From IMG/VR virus record IMGVR_UViG_3300035520_000885, positions 32,001 through 96,000 of that record: a stretch of 64,000 nucleotides of DNA. One strand, given 5' to 3'. Shown in pieces: positions 46,274-57,060 of this stretch. Each line of letters starts with the position of its first letter. Positions within the stretch are counted from its first letter, which is position 1. The DNA is from a virus (lineage: Duplodnaviria > Caudoviricetes). A model generated the notes under the pieces. The model ran no database searches. It was not told the DNA's origin and saw only the letters and a program-made list of their open reading frames with translations. The position numbers and the translations under genes were made by a program.

Positions 46274-48861
46274 TCACTTGGAAGACGTATCAGTGGACTC
46301 TGTACTGTTCTCTTCGTTCTCAACGATGACAGTGCATTTATCCTTACTGACCCCATAGACAGTCATGCTGTCTTTGTTAAACTTCTGAAGCTCATCCAGA
46401 AGTCTATAGTAGTCCTCCTTCGTCTCTGTCGTGATTTGGATGTGTTCCACGTCCTCACTGGACAGGATTCTATCCATATCATTCTTGAAGTCATACATAA
46501 AATCATCAGGTTCCTTGGACTCATCGAAGTAGAGTCCTTGGATTTTGCTGAATGGACTTAGGACACCACTTGTGCCAGGCAAGTATAAAAATTATACTTA
46601 GACTATATCATCATCTACTATACTCTGTTACCAAGTATAATAGAGCTCTTCGTTTCGGATTATTGGAATTTCTTCCTCACCTACATTTCACCCTATGATT
46701 GGGTCTACTCGCTTCGTGCAGATATTTCAATCTACCTTATTTTCAATCTGGCTAAGATAAATCTTATTTATGTATTTCTACAAATCCAGATATCTAGCTT
46801 TCCCTAGTCGTTGAACTCATATCTTATCTTACTAAGATACTTTGCTGCGTCGATTACTCAACATCTCAATCTTTTTACTATACCTTTGGAGTTACCCATT
46901 GCCACTATAGTATTGCTACTATAGTTTAGTAATTGAGACTTACAAGTTTCCCGCAATTAGAAGAGGATTTAAACTATAGATTTCTCTATAGCCCGACCAA
47001 GTCGATCGGAGTTTCCGCACACTAGAATGTCTATATGCCCAAGCATGGAAGGATGTAACCCTCTATACCTAATGGAAATGTTGTTACTGTTTTTGCCTCC
47101 TCGGACAATACAATTCATATCTCTATGAAGCCAGACTATATCTTCATTGTATTTCTACAATGCCTCCCGTTTCGGTTTATTACATCCGAAGATGCTCACC
47201 TACATTTCGCTCTATAATTGAGCCTACTCGGTTCTACCTATTTTATAAGTAGCCTTTCCCTAGTCGTTGAACACACATCTCAATGAGATGCTTCGCTGCA
47301 CCGATTGTCTCTACCTCTAATCTTTTTACTATACCTTTGGAGTTACCCATTGCCATCAGATGTGTCACCACTCTGATTTAGTAATTAGAGTCTAGCGAGA
47401 TGTCCCTGCAGTTAGAGAGGTTTTAATTCTTCCAGAGGTGCCAAAAAGCTTACAGAAGTTAAAGAAATTAATGGACCTTTATTAAGCATAATTTCCTAAA
47501 CCCAGGCAAACTCCTGGCGACAGGTTAAAAGAATGGGGGCCTTTTGTTGTATATTTGTAGTGCGAGAAGAAATCAAGATCATTGATAGTGTCATCGAATC
47601 TCAGAATGCCACTGGAATGCATCTTTTGAATTAAGATTTCACCACTAAATTTGAACATGTCTTGATAATCCTGAAGGGTTGCCTTAGAGCCCAATGTGAT
47701 AATACGATTCAATCTCTTACTGAATTCCATCGTAAGCAAGGATGCGACATACTCATTGCATCTGAGCCGTTTATTCTCGAGTGCGAGGTTGTCCTTCATA
47801 CGTAAGTCATTGAAGTTCTGCATAATCCATCTCAAAAGACAATAGATATCATCCTTATTGTAATCATTGAGCATCAATGTCTTGCGGGTGGTTTCATCCA
47901 AGAGTCGATTACAGAAGGTGAGAATGTCATTCCCCTTCTCAACGCTATTATTATTGGAAAGCTTCCTTATCCAGATTTCCTTGTCATACATATCCTGTAC
48001 GGTAAATCTGTTTGTCGATACAAAAAGAAAAGCTCCCACGATAGACTGAATGTATGGATACTTCAGAAAGAGTTCTTTGTTAATCTCGATAAAGCATTTG
48101 GAAGAAATCTGAAAATACAGATTCTTATCATGGTCAGCATTATCGAGATTCTCCACAAAGTGGAGGATGTTGTCTACTCCTAAGAAAGACAGAGCCCAAT
48201 CCATACCATTCGCTGCGAATAACAGGACTACGGGGATTTCCTTTCTAAAGACGAAGACATTGTATACAGGAAGAAGATACTCTGTACCGTTCACATCTTT
48301 CTTCTCTGCGATACCTTTCACGAGGTTCTCAGTCCTAATGGAGTTGCGCTTGACTGCAACCGGCATCAGAGACTTCAGAGTAACGGACGAAGAGCTTGTA
48401 TAAGTAGACTTATCCACAAGCTGATAGATGATGTAGTACTTCTTGCCCTTTATGAAGTAATACCCATCATCATCCTGCAGAGGAATCAGAATCTTCTTTT
48501 TGATGATTTTCTGACGTACCGTCTTCTCCAGAGTCTTCTGGTCAGTTTCCTCGACAGTAATTTGAATATGGACCGTCAGGCATCCATATCGGTCATCATT
48601 GACAAATTTGTAATCAACACGATCTTTCTTCCGTTTCTTCTTATCTCTCTTGAAGATGAAATCGTTGATATCAATCTCAGATTCTTTCTCAGTATACTCG
48701 AATTTGAGAATCTTGATATTCTTCACAATCTCGAGAGACTTGAAGGCGTCCATGACATACTCTACGAGAGGTCTATCTGCTTCTTTATTCATCAAAGGAA
48801 TATTCAATTCCTTATCGAATTCAGAAACGTAGTCCTTGATGTAGTGCCTCAATTCACTCAC
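46274..48861 (-). CDS. Non-virion RNA polymerase beta N-terminal subunit; exons 48861-47528, 47101-47005, 46579-46274, 578 aa
   Basis: YYFIKGKKY..IYQLVD, LENKRLRCNEY; splicing restores KGPHSLGG...RGLHPSMLGHIDILVCGNSD-PGTSGVLSPF (RpoB fork-loop region); 1737 nt in frame. Confidence 0.9.
46580..47004 (-). mobile_element. Group I intron 5 (ORF-less, 425 nt)
   Basis: P1 TCCGAT/GTCGGG; AATTGCGGGAA, GTTCAACGACTAGGGAAAG and GATATAGTCT core; terminal G at 46580. Confidence 0.88.
47102..47527 (-). mobile_element. Group I intron 4 (ORF-less, 426 nt, ~95-nt L1 loop)
   Basis: P1 ATTCTTT/GAAGAAT (IGS at 47426-47432); CCTCT/GGAGG P10; core motifs as introns 1, 2 and 5; terminal G at 47102 restores a TTA codon. 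Confidence 0.85.
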
Positions 48862-48996
48862 ACCCTTTCAAAAGTTTAGCGACGCATATACGCAAAAGTA
48901 TGACATATAAATTTCACCCTAAAAATGGGTAATTTTTCAAAAAAGAAGCGGGATTAGTAAAATTCAATACTAATCCCGCTTTCCTTATGCCATCAA

Positions 48997-49719
48997 TCAG
49001 TCCTCATCCTTGCCACTGGCAATCTTATCGGACTTGAAAAGAAGCTTCAGAGAGATGCTGGGAACGAAGTAGATATTCTCCTCAGCATCGTCAGTCTCTT
49101 CAGCACAAATGTCGAAAAGACCGGCGACGTTCAGCTCATAATGAGCAGTCTCGTTCTCCCGCCGCTTCAGCTTGATATAATTGATGAGCTGCTCGTGGAT
49201 GATGCAGAACATCGGGATGATGAACTCCACGTTGTCGAGCTTGATGTTAATCATCTCGCTCAGAGCTTTCTTACCACGAGCGGCAACCGCCTTGATGGTC
49301 TCTGCCTGGGTCTTCACATTCGCAGCATTCCACTGCGTGCAGAGAACGATGGTGTCGGTCTCCTCCTCATCCAGAGAATCATTGCTTGCCGGAGTCTCCA
49401 GATGATTGATGTAGACCATGAAGTTACCCATCTTCTCATCATCCTCAGAAGAGGTGGTGGTATAACCAACCTCCAGACGATTCGCGATGTTCAGACGGAA
49501 GCTCTCATAATCCTCCTCTTTGGAAGCAACCTCTTCACAAATTGCCTCAAAGATCTTGGCATAGATCGCAATGGTGGTCTCAGGGTCATTCAGGCCCAGG
49601 CTGATTTTGTCATGCAGATTCCGGTTGGCCAACTCACCAACCTCAATCAGCTCAGCCTTATTGTCGGCCACATTCTCAGCAAACCACAGTTTGCTTTTGC
49701 TAATAGCGTTCTTACTCAT
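48997..49719 (-). CDS. Hypothetical acidic protein, likely highly expressed
   Basis: 240 aa, AAAGGAG SD, biased codon usage. Confidence 0.75.
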   Translation of the reverse strand: MSKNAISKSKLWFAENVADNKAELIEVGELANRNLHDKISLGLNDPETTIAIYAKIFEAICEEVASKEEDYESFRLNIANRLEVGYTTTSSEDDEKMGNFMVYINHLETPASNDSLDEEETDTIVLCTQWNAANVKTQAETIKAVAARGKKALSEMINIKLDNVEFIIPMFCIIHEQLINYIKLKRRENETAHYELNVAGLFDICAEETDDAEENIYFVPSISLKLLFKSDKIASGKDED

Positions 49720-49807
49720 CTTAACTAAGTCTCCTTTGTTGAAATATATACAAAACTGGAATGCAAACTATCATATCCGATAGGTGCATTCCAGTTTCAT
49801 ACCAAAA

Positions 49808-50224
49808 TTACTTATCAGACTTCTTCTTCCCAGGATACTTCTTATCCTTGGTCATCTTAGCATTCTTCCGAGGCTCGACCTTCATACCGACCATGTTCCG
49901 GATAGAATTATCCAGATAACGGCCAATATATTGAAGGCCATATTCAGCGGCATCCGGAGAAGTGCTATTGTAGACGATATCGTGGTTGTCACAATTCACG
50001 AAAATCGCAGCGGTGCGCTTCTCAGCTTCAACCAGATACAATGCGGTAGTCAACTCACGAGGCGCGTCATTAATGACTGCGATTGCTTTTGCGATGAATG
50101 AAACACAACCACTTGCCTCCTTTTTCGTATTCACAGTAACCTCAAACGAAGTCAAACCCTTGTAGGTTTCCACCTGAATCAGGTCAACCAACTTCTGCTT
50201 CAGTTCCTCGATGTTAGTACGCAT
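49808..50224 (-). CDS. Hypothetical protein with basic tail
   Basis: ATG at 50224 after AAAGGGG. Confidence 0.65.
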   Translation of the reverse strand: MRTNIEELKQKLVDLIQVETYKGLTSFEVTVNTKKEASGCVSFIAKAIAVINDAPRELTTALYLVEAEKRTAAIFVNCDNHDIVYNSTSPDAAEYGLQYIGRYLDNSIRNMVGMKVEPRKNAKMTKDKKYPGKKKSDK

Positions 50225-50333
50225 GTTTACAATCCCCTTTATGAAAGTATTTTTGGGCGATAATAAATTGTAGCAATGGAGATTTTTTATCAATCAACAT
50301 TCACTAAATTATTACATATATCTGAGAGCTCTA

Positions 50334-52460
50334 TCAGGGCTTGTTTGCAAGAGAATTGAAATACTCTCTTGCTTCAGAAATTGACATAATCTGAATCCCA
50401 AGATTCTTAGCCTTCGAAATCTTCGTAGAGGTTTCACTTAGACTTGGAACAACCAAGATATTCGTAGACTTTGTCACACTATCTACGACTTTTCCACCAG
50501 CAGATTTAATAACACCCTCCAATTCAGAATCTCTTACCTTTGTGAAGCAGACATTAAGATTGGAAGACCCAGATTGTCCCTTCGTCTCGATAATCGTGAG
50601 CTCCTTCTCCAAGAATTCAATCAGCTTCTTATTCTCTCTTAATCCATAGAGAATCTTAGACGCCGTCTTTTCTTTCACAGAGGGAACTTTCATCAACTTA
50701 CCAAGTTCCTTATTCTCGATAATCTCAAGAATAACATCCAGGTTATAAAGAGAACAGACTTTCTCGAATGTCTTGGTGGAGGTTCCGGTAATTCCAAGAG
50801 CTCCCAGCATTATATAATCTTCGACCTCTCTGTGAGCATCAATTTCATGAACCCAGCTATTGACGAGTTTATATCCAAACCCATCAATCTCCATGATTCT
50901 TTTGGCATTCTTCTCAATCCGATAGATATCTTTAATGGTATCCATATAACCCTCAGCATGTAGCTTGTCAATGATACCATACGAGATTCCATCAATTCTC
51001 ATCTTATTGAGATAATTGAGAATCTTACCTTTGATTCTGCATGGGCACTCTGGGTTCTGGCATTCTGCAGTTCCACCATTTTCACTAATGACTAAGCTAG
51101 AACCACATTCAGGACACTCGTCGGGCATCTCTACTTTCTTTCCTCCCATATGCTCACAATCCTCATCAAAAGTAAGATACGGAATGATGTCATAGAGAAC
51201 TTTCACTCTATCTCCAATTCGAAGATTTAGATACTTTGCGCGCCGGAAAGAGCCTAGCGACACATTGTCGATTGTGTTACCTTTTAACTTTACAGGCTCC
51301 ACGTGAGCTACTGGTGCAATACGTCCAAATAACCCCACATTGAACGTCACGCTCTTCAGAGTTGTCATAGCAGATTCCTCTGTGAACTTATATGCGACTT
51401 CATAGTTATTCTTATCATTTTCTCTCCCAAGGATTCTTTGAATCTCGGGGTCGATGATATAAATCACCGCACCATCGCATCTCAATCCATCCACATATGC
51501 ATGAGCAAGAGCGAACTCACGAATTCTTTCACGGTCTTTCAGACGGCATCTGATATACGGATAATCGGTAAAGACTTCTTTTGCAAGGTCTTGTCCTCCA
51601 TCCCCATATCCAACTCTTAATGGTACTACTGTGAGAAGTTTAGACTTACTCACATCGAATTCATCCGAGTTGATAATTGCTGATACAATCGACCGAGTAT
51701 TCTTATAGTCCGTATGATACGTCTCATTATAATACTTGAGAGAATCATTCAGCATCATAATCTCGGTCTTTAATCCATACGGAACATTCTTTCTCTCTGG
51801 GTCTCTCCTCTTCATAATATGAGAGAATACATGTGTGATATCCTCAGCTTCATTTGTCTGAGTAAATCCTCTGGTCAATACTCTATCCAAAGTTCCATCT
51901 GCATTATACTCAAAGATGCCAGAAACCCCATCATATTTAGGGAATACATAGATTTCTTGATTATCTAAGTCAATTCTCTTACCAGACCTCTCAAAAATCT
52001 TTGCTTCCATAGTCGCTTTCCACTCATCCAGATATCTACGACTTTGATTCTTTCTCTCTTCATCTTGGGTGAGATAAAAAATCTTTGTCAGAGTACCCCG
52101 AAGCGCAGGATATTTGTGAAATACTGTCTTTGAGGAATGCTCTGCTAATACAGGGACCGAAACAATATCTGCTCCACCATTGGCGAGCATAATTGCATAG
52201 AGAGTATCATAGTTACTATCAGTCAATCCTGTACTGCAGCCAGAATCATTATAGATGAATTGCGCGATGTTAATAATCATCATAATATTCTGGAGATCTT
52301 CCTCAAAGTACGGAATCAATCCATTAATGGATTGCTTATTAATATAAGCATTCACAGTGGATTTTACTTCTGGAGAATTCATAATCTCAGAAGCTTCCTC
52401 ACAACTGATTTTTCCATCAACCAGTTGCTCATAAAGATTACTAAAGTTCATATCGTTCAT
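50334..52460 (-). CDS. ligA: NAD-dependent DNA ligase
   Basis: PKYDG (adenylated Lys), TRG, CDGAVI, AYKF, GRIAPVA, CPEC...C..P.C Zn finger, HhH repeats, C-terminal BRCT. Confidence 0.95.
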   Translation of the reverse strand: MNDMNFSNLYEQLVDGKISCEEASEIMNSPEVKSTVNAYINKQSINGLIPYFEEDLQNIMMIINIAQFIYNDSGCSTGLTDSNYDTLYAIMLANGGADIVSVPVLAEHSSKTVFHKYPALRGTLTKIFYLTQDEERKNQSRRYLDEWKATMEAKIFERSGKRIDLDNQEIYVFPKYDGVSGIFEYNADGTLDRVLTRGFTQTNEAEDITHVFSHIMKRRDPERKNVPYGLKTEIMMLNDSLKYYNETYHTDYKNTRSIVSAIINSDEFDVSKSKLLTVVPLRVGYGDGGQDLAKEVFTDYPYIRCRLKDRERIREFALAHAYVDGLRCDGAVIYIIDPEIQRILGRENDKNNYEVAYKFTEESAMTTLKSVTFNVGLFGRIAPVAHVEPVKLKGNTIDNVSLGSFRRAKYLNLRIGDRVKVLYDIIPYLTFDEDCEHMGGKKVEMPDECPECGSSLVISENGGTAECQNPECPCRIKGKILNYLNKMRIDGISYGIIDKLHAEGYMDTIKDIYRIEKNAKRIMEIDGFGYKLVNSWVHEIDAHREVEDYIMLGALGITGTSTKTFEKVCSLYNLDVILEIIENKELGKLMKVPSVKEKTASKILYGLRENKKLIEFLEKELTIIETKGQSGSSNLNVCFTKVRDSELEGVIKSAGGKVVDSVTKSTNILVVPSLSETSTKISKAKNLGIQIMSISEAREYFNSLANKP

Positions 52461-52549
52461 AATGATAATCCTACCTCATTTCTAGAATTACTATCTGAAA
52501 ATATTATATATAAATAGGGAAGGGTGGAGAAAGAACTCCACCCTTCCCA

Positions 52550-52945
52550 TTAAGTAAGTATTCCTTCCAATATTAAAACCTCATTCAGAAGTTTTAAGAA
52601 TCTCTTTGGCTCGAATACCTTGATAGTTTTTTCCAGGTTAAAATCAATGACGGAATACATGTAGTTTACTTCCAGTAAAGCAGACCACAATTCAGTTGTC
52701 CCATAAAGGTCAAGCGACAATCTCTTCGGTTTGAATTTGTACTTGTAAACTTCAGCAGTCGTAAACTGCGCTTCTACGAGAGTACTCTCAAAGTATGGGA
52801 GATAGTTTCTCACGACCGACCCATAGGGAACCTTAATGGCTTCATCACCATTCTGAATGACGGCATTCGTATGAAGATTGCGATAACTAATCTCCATATT
52901 ATCAACTGAGTTGATTAAGTCAGTTATTGTAGCGTAGTATGCCAT
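52550..52945 (-). CDS. Baseplate wedge-like protein (T4 gp53/LysM-like)
   Basis: KPKRLSLDLYGTTELWSALLEVN motif. Confidence 0.6.
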   Translation of the reverse strand: MAYYATITDLINSVDNMEISYRNLHTNAVIQNGDEAIKVPYGSVVRNYLPYFESTLVEAQFTTAEVYKYKFKPKRLSLDLYGTTELWSALLEVNYMYSVIDFNLEKTIKVFEPKRFLKLLNEVLILEGILT

Positions 52946-52947
52946 AA

Positions 52948-53343
52948 TTAGCACCCCCGCTTTCCAAGGTAGAGCTCATAATTCTGTACCAGATAATCAA
53001 GGTCGGTTTCTTCCTCAATGTACTCAGGATATGCAGGAAACGTTCCAACCATGGCCTGAATATCTTGGAAAGGAATACCATGAGCTCCACAGAAAGTCTT
53101 CACCCAGTATTCTGTGTACTGACTGAGATAATAGACTCTCTGCTCCAATTTACGAATTCTATCCTCAGGAGACCCTTCCTCAGGAGATTCTAATGACTTT
53201 TTGAATTTAATAAGGCGGACATCTCCGCCTGAATAAAAGTGAGCCATCAGATAGAAATCATCACTTTCTGCCTCTTCTCCAGGAATTGGAGTAAGATATA
53301 ATTCACCGATGGGCTTACTGCCCATATTCATAACATATGCCAT
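52948..53343 (-). CDS. Hypothetical protein
   Basis: 131 aa, GAAGGGAG SD. Confidence 0.65.
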   Translation of the reverse strand: MAYVMNMGSKPIGELYLTPIPGEEAESDDFYLMAHFYSGGDVRLIKFKKSLESPEEGSPEDRIRKLEQRVYYLSQYTEYWVKTFCGAHGIPFQDIQAMVGTFPAYPEYIEEETDLDYLVQNYELYLGKRGC

Positions 53344-53360
53344 TTGGTATTACTCCCTTC

Positions 53361-53726
53361 TTACTTCGTCGTCACATACGGAGTCGCAATGTTTCCATTC
53401 AAGAACTCTACATTAAATCTTGTTCCCTTAGGTACAAGACCGGCAGAGTTTAATTTATCGAGCCAATTACAGTTTGTATCCACTGTGGGAGAAAAAGCTT
53501 TTGCTCGATTTACTGTCTTGGAGTACGTGATTTTACAGGCGTCATCATTGTCGAACATCTTATTTGCAACGATTGTATCCTTGCCCGTACCGGTGATGGC
53601 ACCCATAATCTTTGGAACATAGATGCTAATGTTTTTTCCTGAGTGAACAGGTTTAAAACTCGATGCCGCATATCCATATTCAGATGATTCAACAGTAAAA
53701 ATTTTATTAAATCCTGTTATCGACAT
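53361..53726 (-). CDS. Hypothetical protein, probably virion
   Basis: ATG at 53726 after GAGGTGG; AACA-N6-TA at 53763-53774. Confidence 0.65.
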   Translation of the reverse strand: MSITGFNKIFTVESSEYGYAASSFKPVHSGKNISIYVPKIMGAITGTGKDTIVANKMFDNDDACKITYSKTVNRAKAFSPTVDTNCNWLDKLNSAGLVPKGTRFNVEFLNGNIATPYVTTK

Positions 53727-53832
53727 ATTTACAACACCACCTCTGTGAAATAGTATCGTCATTAATCTAATGTTTTTTGGCATAAAAAACTATACTATTG
53801 GAAAAACCATATGAAAGGAAGGATCTTTAAGT

Positions 53833-55857
53833 ATGGGAATTGACCTCAATATGGAACAAGTCCATGCACTCTATGACATTGAAGCATGGTGGAAACAATC
53901 AAATGAGCAGGTGTATAATCTATCAGGGTCTGCTGGAACTGGTAAAGCACAGCCAGTAGATACCATGATACCGACTCCCAATGGAATGGTTAGATTGGGA
54001 GATTTAAACGCTGGAGACACGGTATTTGGGAGATTAGGAGAAGTCGTTGTAGTAGATGGTGTTTACGATAAAGGCATGCTTGATTCTTATGAGGTAGAGT
54101 TAAGCGATGGAAGAAAAACGAGATGTAATGACGATCATATCTGGATGTGGATTGACGAGAATAAGAATATCCATACAGATACATTGCGTTCCATTATTGA
54201 TTCTGATTACTACCATGAAAACAAGAGAGTTTATATTCCACGTTCTGGTCCAATCCACTGTAGTTCACTGACAATGGACGAAGACTTCTATGAATATGGA
54301 TATAATAACTCGGATACAGAGCTGCCTGAGAAATTCATTCGTGCCAATACACTGCAAAAGTGGGCATTGATACAGGGATTATATGACCGCACTGGACTTG
54401 TACTCGTAGTAAATGGTGTATATACCTACATGATTCAATCCAAGAATAAAGAGTATCTGAGAGGATTACAGACAATTCTCAGGTCTATTGCAGTAGATAC
54501 TTCCATTGCAAGTATTAAGCAACAGCAAGGAAGTACCACTGAGGAGTTGGCTCATGTGCTCCTGTCGTATCCGAATAAATCTAATTACTTGAATTTTTTC
54601 CGTGATACCGATACCTATAATAAAATTGCAGGATTAGCTCTTTCTGACCCAGATAAATTATTCTCTGAAAGAAGTTTGTATATCACAAAGATTACAAAGC
54701 TGGAAGAGCAGGAAGAGATGCGTTGTATTCATGTGGACAGTGAAGAGCATTTGTATCTCACGAACGATTTCATTGTCACTCATAATACAACTCTGATTCG
54801 ATATTTCATAGAGAATATCGGATTAAATCTGGATGAGGTTGCATTTGTTGCATATATGGGAAAGGCCGCTATGCAGATGGCTAGAAATGGCTTACCTGCT
54901 CAGACAATTCATAGTCTCATCTATACCTATGACAAAGTGGTTGACCGTGATGAAAAAGGAAATATCTTATTCGATGAAAAAGGTCGAGTAAAATCATCCT
55001 TTAAATTCGTCCTACGAAAACATCTTCCTAAAAAAGTAAGATTATTCGTTCTGGATGAAGCATCTATGGTCAATAAGGAAATCGCAGAAGATTTACTCTC
55101 CTATGGAATCCCATTGATTGCATTGGGGGATTTGAATCAGCTTCCTCCTGTATTTGGAAAACCTTATTTTTTGGAGAAACCAAATTGCATTCTTACAAAG
55201 GTCATGCGCCAAAATGAGGATAATCCAATTGTCTATTTGGCGCAACGTGTGTTAAATGATGAGGGTCTTCCTTATGGAGTATATGGAAACTCATCTGTCA
55301 TTCGTAAGGATGAACTGACTGACTATGCTCTGAAGAATTCAAACATCGTTATTACGTTTACCAATAAACTCCGTCACGAAATCAATATGATGTTTCGGAG
55401 AGACATTCTTGGTATTCGTAGATTGGATTTCCCATCCATGGGAGAAAAGGTTGTTTGTAGAAGAAATAACTGGAATAGATGCCTGAATCATTCTATCTAC
55501 CTTACGAATGGTATGTCGGGAACGATTGACTATATTGACCGAGAGACGTTCAATGGGAAAACCGTCAAGATTGATTTCAAACCTGACTTCTTGAATAGGT
55601 CATACAAGAATGTGAATCTCGATTATGAGCGTCTATTTGCTAATCCTGGCGAATTAGATGATAGGCCAATGATTGAAACTCTTGGAAAAGACCAGTTTGA
55701 ATTCGCGTATGCAATCACTTGCCATACTTCCCAAGGTTCTCAGTATGAGAAAGTCATCTTTATGGATGAGACAATGGGAAACTCCAGAGAAGACCAGAGA
55801 AAGTTTGAGTACACTGCAATCACAAGAGCACAACAAAGTATCATCATTGTAAGATGA
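53833..55857 (+). CDS. SF1B helicase (Dda/RecD2-like) with intein; 394 aa after splicing
   Basis: GSAGTGK|TT, VLDEASM, LGDLNQLPPV, VMRQ, AYAITCHTSQGSQY, YTAITRA. Confidence 0.92.
   Translation: MGIDLNMEQVHALYDIEAWWKQSNEQVYNLSGSAGTGKAQPVDTMIPTPNGMVRLGDLNAGDTVFGRLGEVVVVDGVYDKGMLDSYEVELSDGRKTRCNDDHIWMWIDENKNIHTDTLRSIIDSDYYHENKRVYIPRSGPIHCSSLTMDEDFYEYGYNNSDTELPEKFIRANTLQKWALIQGLYDRTGLVLVVNGVYTYMIQSKNKEYLRGLQTILRSIAVDTSIASIKQQQGSTTEELAHVLLSYPNKSNYLNFFRDTDTYNKIAGLALSDPDKLFSERSLYITKITKLEEQEEMRCIHVDSEEHLYLTNDFIVTHNTTLIRYFIENIGLNLDEVAFVAYMGKAAMQMARNGLPAQTIHSLIYTYDKVVDRDEKGNILFDEKGRVKSSFKFVLRKHLPKKVRLFVLDEASMVNKEIAEDLLSYGIPLIALGDLNQLPPVFGKPYFLEKPNCILTKVMRQNEDNPIVYLAQRVLNDEGLPYGVYGNSSVIRKDELTDYALKNSNIVITFTNKLRHEINMMFRRDILGIRRLDFPSMGEKVVCRRNNWNRCLNHSIYLTNGMSGTIDYIDRETFNGKTVKIDFKPDFLNRSYKNVNLDYERLFANPGELDDRPMIETLGKDQFEFAYAITCHTSQGSQYEKVIFMDETMGNSREDQRKFEYTAITRAQQSIIIVR
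53947..54786 (+). mobile_element. Class 3 intein (280 aa) with degenerate LAGLIDADG remnant
   Basis: Begins AQP, block B DHIW, block F MRCI, ends VTHN followed by T: the W-C-T signature; only one LAGLIDADG-like motif (LIQGLYDRTG). Confidence 0.88.
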
Positions 55858-55959
55858 GAGAAAATGAGTAGAGGATTCCTTCCTCTACTCATTTTTTTGT
55901 CACTTAAAACCGGAGATGAAAAACAGATACTTAATCATTAAAGAAAGGGGTTGCTCATA

Positions 55960-56967
55960 ATGAACATCATCCAAAGTATCCTTACAAACACCGCTGCTTA
56001 CAAAAAGCGCTATAATATGACTGCCGTAAAAGGTCTTGTTCTGCATAGCGTTGGCTGCCCGCAGCCGAAGGCGTCCGTCTTTGTGAAAAACTGGAATACT
56101 GCTGACCGTACCGTCTGCGTCCATGGTTTCATTGACGCTCTGACTGGCGACGTTTACCAGACGTTACCTTGGGAGACTCGTGCTGCTCATGTTGGTGGGT
56201 CGGCCAACAACACCCATATCGGCGTAGAGATGTGCGAACCCGACTGTATCAAGTATACCTCTGGTGCGAACTTCACTTGTAGTGATACGTCTCGGGCTAA
56301 GACTCAGGTCACTACTGCGTATAACGCTGCCGTTGAGCTGTTTGCATATCTGTGCAAAGAGTATGGCCTTGACCCTACTGGGAAGAATGTCATCATCTCT
56401 CACTCTGAGGCGTATACTCTGGGCTGGGGTTCCAACCATGGTGACCCTGTCCATCTGTGGAAGGGCCTCAGTATGTCTTATACGATGGATGGCTTCCGCA
56501 AGGATGTTAAGGCTGCTCTTGCCAAGATTACGACTGGTACCACTTCCGTACCTGATACGACTAATGATAGTCTCTATCGTGTGCAACTGGGTGCGTATAC
56601 GGTTAAGACCAACGCAGATGCTATGCTGACTAAGGTCAAGGCTGCCGGGTTCACTGATGCTTTCGTCAAGAATATCGGTGGACTCTACAAGATTCAGATT
56701 GGTGCATATAGCGTTAAGACTAACGCTGACAATATGCTCGCCAAGGTGAAGGCTGCCGGTTATACCGACGCTTTTATTACTACTAACACTTCCGCTACCG
56801 TTGCTGCTTCTACTGTAACCGCTAGCGTCAAGGTCGACCTGACTACGATTGCTAAGGAAGTCATTGCCGGTAAGTGGGGTAATGGTCAGGACCGTATCGA
56901 CAAGCTGACTTATGCCGGCTACGACGCTTCTGAGGTCCAGAAGATTGTCAATAGTCTCATGAAGTAA
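55960..56967 (+). CDS. Endolysin: Amidase_2 + 2 x SPOR + CW_7 (Cpl-7)
   Basis: VLHS...CVHGF...AHVG...IGVEMCE...SHSE...NHGDP; YRVQLGAY/YKIQIGAY SPOR repeats; IAKEVIAGKWGNG CW_7; late promoter at 55922-55933. Confidence 0.92.
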   Translation: MNIIQSILTNTAAYKKRYNMTAVKGLVLHSVGCPQPKASVFVKNWNTADRTVCVHGFIDALTGDVYQTLPWETRAAHVGGSANNTHIGVEMCEPDCIKYTSGANFTCSDTSRAKTQVTTAYNAAVELFAYLCKEYGLDPTGKNVIISHSEAYTLGWGSNHGDPVHLWKGLSMSYTMDGFRKDVKAALAKITTGTTSVPDTTNDSLYRVQLGAYTVKTNADAMLTKVKAAGFTDAFVKNIGGLYKIQIGAYSVKTNADNMLAKVKAAGYTDAFITTNTSATVAASTVTASVKVDLTTIAKEVIAGKWGNGQDRIDKLTYAGYDASEVQKIVNSLMK

Positions 56968-57060
56968 ACAAAAAAAGAAGGTAGATTTCGGTCTACCTTC
57001 TTTTTTACTCTTCCGAAAACTGTCTTATAAAATTTCTTATATGAAATGAGGAATACTATA

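Noticed and set aside
6360-47527. Dispersed repeats such as GGGTAACTCC.AAGGTATAGTAA and GAAATGTAGGTGAG as a new repeat family or DGR template/variable pair
   Set aside because: They are shared structural elements of introns 1, 2, 4 and 5; no reverse transcriptase is present
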